NCBI GenBank assembly: GCA_946965045.2
Contig: OX337231.1
Span: 1,860,001 to 1,924,000, forward strand
Direction of reading: 5' to 3'
DNA: 64,000 nt
Origin: Epithemia pelagica
Lineage: Eukaryota > Protista > Bacillariophyta
Each line of letters starts with the position of its first letter. Positions within the stretch are counted from its first letter, which is position 1. The position numbers and the translations under genes were made by a program. Shown in pieces: positions 32,501 through 43,100 of the stretch. The notes under the pieces are model-generated. The model made no database searches and was not told where the DNA came from. It worked only from the letters and a program-made list of their open reading frames with translations.

Positions 32501-34259
32501 ATTCAGGTAAGAAGAGCTTTGATCGACGTACTGCATATCGACAAGTTGATTACTTACAACTAAAGCCAGTGGATCCGAGTCTGGTTTTCAGAACAGCTCG
32601 TCGATTGCATGTGACGGTTTCGCTTATGGTAGTTGGTGTCAAAAGAAGATCTGGATGAATGACAAGGGCAAGATCATCGAACAGACTTTTAGCTGGTGGT
32701 GTGGTATGCATCATGAGCGGTAAGGCGTCAACTCCCGTCTCGAATTGTCCAATAATGGAACAGATATGGATAACGTCGCCCTCTGTAACCATAGAATGGT
32801 ACCATTCGCCACGAAGGAAAATGAGACCGTCTCCTTTTCGTCCTTGTTTGTTCGCAAACGGTCGTAAGCGGTCAAGTTGAACATCACTGGGGTTCTGTCT
32901 TTCCTCGCGCATGGAATCGTCCCACAGCGAAACCACCAGCACTCGTGTGTAGGTTGTTTCATCCGTTTTAGCTCGAATGACCAGGTAGCGATCAAAAGTT
33001 AACTGAGAAGTTTTGGAGGTCGTTGTACGTTGTTTGTTTGACACTATTACGTTTGAAGGTGGAACCATTGACAAAAGCTCGCCATCCGATAGCTCCATCA
33101 AGCTTTTGTCACCTTTGGATTGTGATACGATTCTGGTAGAGCTTGAACAATAATCTGCAACTGTCTCATCCAGGGCTGCGATGTCGAAATCGGGGAAATC
33201 GAACTCATCATGTTGGTCTGGCGGTTCATCTTCAGTTTTGACGTGTTGTTCTTCAGTGTTGGCCATTTCACCGGAAGATACAATTTGAGAAGGAACCTGC
33301 GAAAACTCACGTATGGACAGTCCCTTAGTCTGAACGACTTTTCCGTCCATTTGCTTGTCAACTTGGACGGGTTTGGTCGATCGAAATGATGTTGTACTTG
33401 CCGTCGAGGCGGTATTCAGCGGTTCAGTTGGAGGAGCAGAGATCTCTTGTTCAGCCTGCGTCTGTTGAACATACGCATCCATTTCATGGATGTCTTCCAT
33501 TGTAAACTCAAAGTCATATTCGTCCATTGATTCGGCAGGAGACTTACTCGAAGTTTTAACCATGGCTTCAGGTGGAGGGGGAGTCAACACTTTGTTGCGA
33601 AGGTCGTCGCTTTTAGCGGATGATGCAGTATCTTTGGTAACCAAAGTTCCGGAATCCCCACCAAATGTACCATCGTTGTCATCCCTCAAATCACCGACAT
33701 TTTCTTCTTTAACTTCGGATAGGCTGCTTTTGGTCGGTTCATGTTGGTGCTGTCGAGTAGCATTCGCGTCGTTTTTTGATGCCGGCGTCGAAATTTCTTG
33801 GAGCATCGCAGCAAGTGCCTTGTTTCCTCCACCTTCAGTAATATCTACTGAACGTCGACGATTTGCTTTCGATTCAGTAAGGGGGATCCTTTCCTTCATC
33901 CTATGTTGTTCCTCTCCAATCTTCATGTCTCCACGTCTTCGTTTCCGGCGGTTTTTGCGAGAACGCACCACACCAAAGATATTTTCTTCGTTACCGAAGG
34001 ATCGCTTGGTCTTCTCACCGATCTTGTTTGCGGATTCATCTTGTTCCATGAAATTGTTTTCCTGGTTGACTGTTGAGAATTGCTCACCACCGCTACCCTC
34101 CATCGTTTCCATCTCCTCTTCGTCATCGTCATCGAAGCAGTATCGTGGGGATCGGTTGTCATGAGGAGAATCTAGATCTCGTAAGTCAATGTTGTTCGAC
34201 TCATCCCATGCAACACAATCTGCTTGAGTTAAGCCATGTCCAAGTGCGTAGTCATCCAT
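29510..34259 (-). CDS. DNA2: DNA replication helicase/nuclease DNA2; intron 32485-32557
   Basis: ISETVTCNRR, GTMRHELFQ, GSADV, ELKTG nuclease motifs; C-x2-C-x5-C; SF1 motifs QGLPGTGKT, VDEAGQ, VGDQKQLPP, STIDRYQGRD; start approximate. Confidence 0.92.
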
Positions 34260-34569
34260 GATTGATTGTGACGACGGCTTCCATAATCTCCACCGTCCAA
34301 GGTGGAAGGACCAAATCTCGACCCTTCGCACAAAAATAAGGTAGGAAACAGGCCATATATGAAATGATGGCTTCAGCTCGCGCGCGCGCCGTACCAGCTT
34401 GCCGCGAATGCCTCACCGATTTGGGCGCAAAAAAATAGAAAATTTTATCGTTCGTTATTTACATCAATCTAGAATTTGTTAATAACTATTTATGAGAAAC
34501 CTCTGAGGATTCCGTGACTGAAAACGGATCAAAGATCCAGATTTTTGATATCCCTTCAACGCAGAATTG

Positions 34570-35188
34570 ATGACAACGATGACGATGGTCAATAGCTTTC
34601 AAGTGTTGTGGATCCTTTCGGTTCTGTACATTCCCATTTCGTCGTTGGCCTTTACATCATTACTTCATCCTCAGAATGTCCGATCTTCTGTATCGTTGAA
34701 TGCCGCTCCAGAAGGTCGTGATGTCTTTTTGCAAAGATTGACCCTCATTTGCAGTGGCGTGGCTGTCGCCCCCGTCGCTGCCTGTGCTGTGTCTTCGGAG
34801 CAAGTCTCTCCCGAGAGTAAGAAGAAAGCAATAACATTGAGACATTAGTCGAGAGAGAATCTTGGTGTTCACTCTGATACATGAATACAACCTGATCATT
34901 TGTCTTCCTTTCACGTTCGTTTTTTGCCCTTGGCCAACCACCATAGGTTCCCTTCTTTTGGCCGACTCCATTAAAATGCTGGACATGAGCTTGCCGTCAT
35001 ATGGTGACATTAGTGATGCCAAGGCAAGTGTGGAAAATGTCAAGAGTCTCTCGGTCGATCCGAAAACCTCCAAACCTTTGGGTGTGGTTTCATCGAAGAA
35101 AGGGGGCATGTCGTCATACGGGTCGGATAGTTCAGACAAGAAAAAGAAGAAAGAGAAACAGTCCAACATGCCGTCCTACGATTTGTAG
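34570..35188 (+). CDS. Hypothetical protein with predicted plastid presequence; intron 34817-34946
   Basis: Signal peptide ending SLA-F, second hydrophobic stretch ending AACA; GT-AG intron fuses ORFs 34567 and 34862 in frame. Confidence 0.55.
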
Positions 35189-35462
35189 ACATGCCTTTTT
35201 GCGTAGTACTCATCTCTCTCCTTCTCCTCTGAAACTCGACCAAAGATTCCTAAACAATAGTCTCGATTGAATGGTTGCCTTATTCTAATTGCTTGACTTT
35301 GCAAGACTCTATTTCATAGTGCTCCCTGATGCAGCGATAAATATGACATAAGTAAAGGCGAACTGGACAACGATGCTTCATGTCGAACATGTCATCCAGA
35401 ATGTCGTCGCCCGTTAAGTCATTCATGAACCGGATGAGACCTAAAAGTGATAAGTCATTCTG

Positions 35463-36233
35463 TCACAGCACACGTTCGCTTATCCATTTTGCAATTGTGT
35501 CTACAACATCGCTCTCATGGGAAGGACTGTTAGCAGGAAGTTCGAGGATTGGTATCAAGTCAGCATCCACCTCACTGTCATTGTTGAACACAGAGTGACG
35601 TTGAGCTGTTTCCACAACACACTTTTTCAGTTCTGGTTGATTCGTCGTGTGAAGAGCCATCATTGGAACTGATCCAGGCTCTAACTTCAGTGTCCAATGG
35701 CCCCAATGTTCAGCGTATTCTTGAAACATTTGGTATTGCTGGGAGGTTTCGAGGCCGAGATGTTTGTAAAAGGATTGGAATTGATGGATTCCAGATGTAT
35801 CATCGAGCTGGATTGGATCCACAAGAACAAGGCCCTTCAAGGGAAGACTTTCCAAATAGAACTGGGCCAACCATGATGTCCATGGGCCTCTTGCAACAAA
35901 GACAGTATCGACGAAATGGGATGCATCCTGTTTCATCTCCTGAAGAGCGCCATCAAATGAAACCAATGATTCGTCCACGCTTGCATAACAACTAGGAATC
36001 CCATACTCATTTGGGAATTTGTTTGCAAAAGTTTGCTGCCATGAATTCTCATAAACACCGCGGTCTTCTCCCAACATGCATGTGATCGGTCGTTCTGGTT
36101 GCCTACTGTGGACTGGAACCTCCGAAACAGCACTCAAGAGATATCGTCTGGTTGTGTACAGGACACTAATCGGTCTCCCAAGAAGCAAACCCGCTCGCAC
36201 ACGAGTCAGAAGCTTTGTTTCAAGCAAAATCAT
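35463..36233 (-). CDS. Hypothetical protein, possibly alpha/beta-hydrolase fold
   Basis: 256-aa ORF; LKGLVLVDP strand; no canonical GxSxG. Confidence 0.5.
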   Translation of the reverse strand: MILLETKLLTRVRAGLLLGRPISVLYTTRRYLLSAVSEVPVHSRQPERPITCMLGEDRGVYENSWQQTFANKFPNEYGIPSCYASVDESLVSFDGALQEMKQDASHFVDTVFVARGPWTSWLAQFYLESLPLKGLVLVDPIQLDDTSGIHQFQSFYKHLGLETSQQYQMFQEYAEHWGHWTLKLEPGSVPMMALHTTNQPELKKCVVETAQRHSVFNNDSEVDADLIPILELPANSPSHESDVVDTIAKWISERVL

Positions 36234-36530
36234 CGGACTTCTGAAAATTTATGAGAAGATCTGGTGTCCCTCAATGGACGGGAACTTCCATCATCGTCTT
36301 ATCCTACACTGAAGCTATACCGCACGACTGGAGCTATGTCCTACGGAGTCCTAGGAGTATCTTGAATCTTGACTCACTCATCACTCGAATGTCTCCCTAA
36401 GAACTTGATTTCCTCCATGTAATGTTGCAGTTTATTGTATATTTTTAAAGGTGCATGATGCGACCACTCGATTTACCCATTACCAGAACAACCGCATACT
36501 ATGCATAGAAAAGACGAGAAGATGGGAATC

Positions 36531-38327
36531 TCAAAGCTTGAGCCATACACCCGAAGTGCACTTGAATCCAGATCCAAATGCGACTTGGAGCACACGGTCT
36601 CCCTTTTTCAGTCGGTTTGTCGTTTGCATTTCTTGGATATACTCCAATTCGTACCAAATACTCGAGCTGCTTGTGTTGCCGTAATTCATCAGTGTCATTC
36701 TGGAAGCTTCCGTGTGATATGGCTCCAGCTTCATGTTCTTTTCAATTCCGTCGATAACGGCTCTCCCACCTGCATGAATACAGAAATGATCAATTCCACG
36801 CTTAAAGTCAGGTACGTATGGCTTGACGACGGGGAGTTTGTGTGCCATATCTTCTTGGCCGTACGACTTCAGTGTGTAAGAAATTTGCTTGAGGAAGAAC
36901 CGAGCGGCGATAGAAAGTACCACAAGTGCTTGTTCGGTGAGAGGAAGAACTGAAGGACCAAGCATTGTGAAGTTCTTTTCCATACATTTGCCAGCGACCT
37001 TGACGATGTCTTTCGACAATCTGACACCTTTTTCACCCGCAGAGTCTTCTCCTTCGTAAACACATTGATAGGCTGCTTCACCTGTGCCTTGAACGCGCAC
37101 AGTGTGCAAGAGTTTGTACCAGGCACGTTTGCCGTCGAACCACGAGTTTGACAAGACCATTGCTGCACCACCGCATCGAAACAAGGTGTTTTGAATCAAA
37201 AATCCACGGTCGTTTCCATGGTAGAAGTTTGGTGTAAGAATCTCTGTACTCACAATCAAAGCCTTGCCATTTCGAGGGCTGCTTCGAAGCAACTGCTTTG
37301 CCAAATCAATGGAAATCAGCGAAGCAGAACAACCCATGCCCGACAAGTTAAAAGTGCAAACATCGCTTCGCATCGCAAATTTATTGATGACCATAGCGCA
37401 GAGTGACGGAGTGGGACTGAATAGACTGCAGTTGATAATGAGATAGTCGATTTCTTTGGCTTTCACGTTAGCCTTGCGAAGTGCTTGTTCGACGACGTCA
37501 AAGATGACAGCCTCAGCTTCTGCTCTTGATCCCTCAATGGATCGATCCGCTTTGGTGTCTGGAGATTCCAGACATTTCACAATACCCGGTGGCCATGCTG
37601 TGGCTTGACCAGTTCCACTACGTTCCAATATCTTGCGTAGAAACTCGAGCGAGTCCTCTGTGAAGCATTTTTGCCGACGCATAATTTCAAGAACTTCAGC
37701 ATGAGACACTTTCCACGATTCAGGGGGCTTGAAAGTGCTGAATGAGAGAAGGTAAACAGGTTTTTCTCTCCGAAGAATCCACACCATTATAAGGAGAACG
37801 AGAGCCGTTGTCTTGACAGCTGGGGAGAAAATCAAGAACCCACGGCTCTCTGCAATACTTTCGTAAAGGCTTACAAATAGACCACTGACTTCGGCCGCAA
37901 TGTTTTGGATAGTTTCCATATTCCACTCAAGATTTTGTGGCCCACGTTCTATCACAACCTGATGTACAATCTGGGCAAAGAGAATCATGATACCAAAAAC
38001 CATCAGCAATGGAAGATGGGTACCCAAAACATGTGTCCAGTCAATCATTCTGTCGACGTGCGGTTGCAGGCACAAGAAACATAAAACAAAGAGCATCGAC
38101 AATGAGAACGCCATCAAAAAGGATCGTAGTGGAACCCAGCCGCAGTTTGAGAATCATGGCAACCAGAGTACGTACCCAATCAGGCTGCTCTTCCTAACTC
38201 TGTATTCAGACGTTCGACCTCCAGTTCCAGCATCACTCATACTCGATTCGGACGAAACCCGCCTCATTGCGTGACCGTTCTGTTCAAGGTTCGTTGCTGG
38301 CATGGTTTCGTGTGCTTGTGGGGGCAT
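36531..38327 (-). CDS. KCS: 3-ketoacyl-CoA synthase (FAE1/KCS-type very-long-chain fatty acid elongase); probable intron 38050-38175
   Basis: LSGMGCSAS catalytic Cys, HFCIHAGGRAVID, GNTSSSSIWYEL, QVAFGSGFKC; 5' exon inferred. Confidence 0.9.
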
Positions 38328-38881
38328 TGCTATGAAGTTTTGTCTATCGTGCGCAAGAATCCGTCCTGGTGACGGCGCCACACAAATCGAAAAGAATATG
38401 TGGTGGATTGGGACAAAATTTGTGAGCGGACATGAGTGCGTTCAACGATTGACGATTGACCGTGATGATGGAGGGAGGGGTCGCCCACGTGTTCAACAGT
38501 TGTGTTGCACCACGATGTGACGGCGGGTTGCATCAAAACAAGTGTAATCACAGAAAAAGAATCAAGACAGGCGAAAAGCGATCTACGACATCCAAAGTCC
38601 GGATTCTTTTATTTTAGTGTACCCTTTCAACTGTACAATTTTTGGATCGCAGTCGCGGGAAGAATGAACGTCACCATTGATCGGTCGCTGGTAATGACAG
38701 TCCCGCGTCCCCCAGGTCGGGGGTTGGTTCGCAGTTCGCACCACGACCCACCCATAACCCATTCTAGCACAACGTGATGGTTCGGTTGGGATTTTTCGGT
38801 AAATTTTCAGATTGACCAGTGCAGCAGCCGCGAACATAGTCTCCATTGGGCTGAACAATAAGAGAAAGAAACATTCTCACC

Positions 38882-39840
38882 ATGAGCCTTCAAGGTCAAG
38901 AAGCTTTTACGTTCTACCGCGGTCAATTTCCTGCGGACGCCCACCAGGCTTTCGTTTTTCTCCGCGCCTTTCGGAACGCTCAGATACCTGACCATCCAAC
39001 CCACGTTCCACTTGCTAATGATTCTATGCTGGGCGATTCTCAGAAGGTCCGATATGAACTTGCGTATCTTGTGAAGATTTTCGAGTCCTGGTTGGAGGTA
39101 TTCGCAGTGTTGAAAGAGCGATTGTCTCTTCAGAATCTCCTCGCCATGAAGAAAGGTGACGTGAAGGAGCTTCACATGCAGTATGAACACGATGGCCTCG
39201 ACTACGAGAGTTCCCCCATCTCGGAGCCAAAGTGTGTGGAGGAGGAGCAAAAGTGAATTATTAACTACAGATTCCTCTCTCCAACAACGGCTACCTGTAC
39301 CGAATCATCAGCGATGCAGATATCGGATTGCGTAACCTATCTCTTCACAGAGGAAGAACTCATCCGACCCGAATTGGTGGCTATGTATCGCTTACCAAGG
39401 AGGCCGCTGTTGACTTCTACCCCTTTGTGGAATTCGTCGCTTCTTGGTTTCAATGCGGAGCAGAAAACCTGGATCTAGCAGTTTTTTACAACGGCGACGA
39501 GAATCGGGTGAACATTGTTGTCGAGCGGAAAAACCACCCAAACGATGGTGACAAAGTCTCCCTTGAGTTCTGCTTCAAACCTGGATTTCCTATCATGGAC
39601 TACGATGAAGCTTCATTCCGTGTCACAAAGGCAGAAATTGATGACGAGAAAAAAAACGCGCAGCTCGCTCTTCAATGTAATAAACAGAGGCTTTCCGGGG
39701 CATTTTGGTCGGATGGAACACGGTACGCAACCCAAGAAGAAGTTGTGTTGTTGGAAAACAGTGCGGGGATACCAATAGCTTGCTGTAAGATGTGTCGTCA
39801 CCATGTTGGAAATCCGGGTATGTGGGCGAGAACCGTATAG
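38882..39840 (+). CDS. Hypothetical protein, probably 2 exons (candidate intron 39253-39311)
   Basis: Two adjacent ORFs (124 and 170 aa) joinable in frame by a GT-AG intron; no family recognised. Confidence 0.45.
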
Positions 39841-40178
39841 ATTAGTAATTTCTTATTAGATTTGTAATTACTTGTAGAAACGCTCAGGGCTTTGGTGGAA
39901 GTTAGAGATAGTGGGAATGGGTTCCCAAATTCCCAATAACTACAGCTCTAGGGGGTAAGTACAACTGTCCGCGTATACGATTTCTTCTATCCAGACGAGT
40001 TCTTTCTACCTACTTGTCAATGTCATCTTCTGATCCATGAACATCCCATGAATACGAATATGGGACAAAGTCATTCTTCATGCTTTGGTCAGTTGCTGTG
40101 TGGCATCCATGGGTAGGATGTGTGGTGGATTATGGCCGTATTGCCTGGTGTTCATTAGAAAGAATGAGGTCTACTATT

Positions 40179-43100
40179 TCAGACCTGTTTTCGGTTCAGT
40201 TTCCGCGACGGCTGAATAAAGGACTTGAGAACGCAAACCACAATGGCAAGACCACCAACTGTCACAAGACCAAGTTTGGGTGACAGAGGTAATCCTGAAC
40301 TTCCTCCCAGTCGGTTCAATTCACGATGATTATTAATCTTTTCTTTTTCCATAATCCGTTCCTGTTGCTCGTCTTCTTCTGGTTCCAGTTTGTCGTCGTT
40401 ATCATAGGCTTCCTCTTCCAATTCATCGTGTATTTCATCGTCTCCTCCTAAATCCCTTTTGTTGCGCTCGGTTGGGTCTTTGGCATATCCAGCCTGTCCA
40501 AAAGTTAGTCTTTTCACAGAGCACGTTTTGAACTTATCGATCAACGGGAAGTTTTCGTTGATGTATTCAGGACCCGAACTGCCATCGCACATACGAGGTA
40601 AGTTCTGTGAATCATTACGCGCATGACAAGGTCAAAAGCTTCACTCACTAGATTTTGCCTTGATCAGGTCCCTTGCCCCATGGAGGCATATCTCCGTAAC
40701 TCTTGAATGAGATGACATTCTCCATCCCACTCTCTTCGAGTCCAAACGGAGTTTCCCATGGATTTGTACCTAGATTTGCGTTCTTCCTACTCCGTGCGTC
40801 AGACAGAAGGTGGGAAGCAATTCACACCAAGAGAAAAGTTTCTTACCCATAAGCAATAAACATCTGACTTGTTCTGCTGTTTTGTCCACTCCCTTTTAAT
40901 CCGTAAGTGGAATTGATGCAATGAAAAAATGAGACGAGTCGCGGTTAATCAGTGTGACGGACAGGCGATATGGCAGTCACGATTTGAATCTGTGAGACAT
41001 AGAATCGTGTCCCCACTATGTATCCAAGAGCAATGCCTTACTACCAGAGAAGGCATTGCCCGTCGCATAGTAACCAAGCTCTAGCCATTGGCATCAATGG
41101 TTCCAAACTAACCTCCATGAGTAAATGAGGAATTGATTCCTCGTGAGGAATCAAATGAGGAATCGAATGTAGTTCCTAAACCTAGAGCTCACAGTATCAA
41201 CAAACAGAAAGTTGTGAAACAACTTCTCTAGTGTATTGTCGTGGAGACTTGATCACCTCCACGCCAATATAGGTACTGCCCCTAGCTACTACAGAGTATC
41301 CTGTGTACTTTGACTGGTTATTACGCCCTTTACTGCCTTACCCGCTCACGCATCCTTTGCCTCTAAGCTCTTGCCTATCCGTTCGAACCCTCTCGCCGCC
41401 TGAATCTCCCCTCCGGCCGCCCCCTCCCTTGCAAGCTGTCGTCCTCCCCACGTGAAGACGACTCTCCCCGTTCCCTAGGAAGCTTCACCTTGCTCCCCAT
41501 CGAAGAGGAAATCCAATTCCTCTCGGACAGTGAAGAAGAAACCACCAGCGATCCATCCGCTGAGCCAAGTGCCGACGACTTCTCCACCCAAGGAACCATG
41601 CCTCCCACTGCTCCTCCAGCCCCTGCACCAACCGAACGCGTCCCGTTCAAGCCTCCAAGCCCTCGAATGGGCGGTTTAGTCCAACTCGATGAGTATAAAT
41701 GGGCTGCCTGGACTGGTGGCAAGCCCCTAGCGAATTGGAAAGGCCTGGATCCAGCCGCATTCAATGGAACCACCCCCTTTCCCCGCACCCCTCACCAACG
41801 TCGTTTCGGCAAGGACATCACGGGTTTCGAAACCCGCTGTGGTGGATTGTCGAATCGTTTCCGCCAAGGCGACAACCTCCACAAGTTCATGAAGCGTCTC
41901 GACGAGACACTCATTCTCCGCGGCATGGACACCATTGCCTACATGCCTGACCCCGCTGACAACACCCGCATGCGCCATATTGTGAAGGAGCACACTCGCT
42001 TCACCCTGCGCCATGTCCAACAGAACGCCGCGGCCCATTGCCAACAGTTTGACACATATGACGCCGAAAACGACACGGCCGCTCGTCTGTGCCTTTTGGA
42101 GTCCGTCGACCTCAAGCTCCGCCAGCGAATTGAAACCAAGACCTCTTCCAACGACTCGTTCTGCCTTACCTGGATGACTTTCATCAGCATTCTTCAGTCT
42201 GATTCAGTCACCAAGTATGACAAACTCGCCGCCAAGATCGCCTCCAGGACCCCATTCATGTACGCCGGCCAAAACATCACGGAAATGGCGGCCGACATGA
42301 AAGCAGATTGCGAAGACTTGTTTGCCTCCGGATTTTACAAACAAACCTTGACCCTTGGCATCTTAGAAGCGTTCTCTCTTGCGAATGGAGACAGCCTCTA
42401 CAACCTTGGATTGTTGAGTCTCCAACCGCTCATCCAAGCCAAGATTCTTGAAGTCCGTTACAAATCGGACCAGGACCAACAAGCCGATCTCGAAGCCGCC
42501 GAATTGTCATTCAAAGACATCTGCGACAAGGCCGACTCCTTGTACTCTGATGCAATCAACCGTGGCTCCTGGCCACCGTCGAGCAACAACAAAGATACAA
42601 AGGTTCCTCCCGAAGTCTTCGGCAAACTCACTGAAGTTCAAGCAATGGCCCTTCGGCAGCACATGGGTGGTGCTTTCACAAAAGGAGCCTGTCTGATTTG
42701 TGGCGCCCCAGATCACTGGGCCAAAGATTGCCCCCAGCGTTCCTCCAAGCAGAACTCCGGGCAAAACTCCAACCGTCGCTCCAACTCCCAATCCAACTCC
42801 CAGCAACGATCCAACCGTGGTGGCCGTGATGGAAGAGGCAACCAAGGCGGACGAAATGCTCGCAACAACAACCACCGCAGCAACAACAGCTCCTCATCCA
42901 CGAACTGGAAGAAAATCGCACCCACCGGTGACCAACCAACCCAACAACAGAGCGATGGCAAAACATACAACTGGTGTGGTATCTGCGAACGTTGGACGCC
43001 CACCCACACCACCGACACCCACAATGGCCCCGTTCCCAACAGGCGCCGCAACAACAACAACAATCGAAACAACCGCCAAGCCCAAGCCCACACCCTGGCC

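Noticed and set aside
40930-40936. TG at 40930 as a canonical LTR start
   Set aside because: Not present in the 3' LTR copy, overlaps the TSD, and there is no CA at the LTR end
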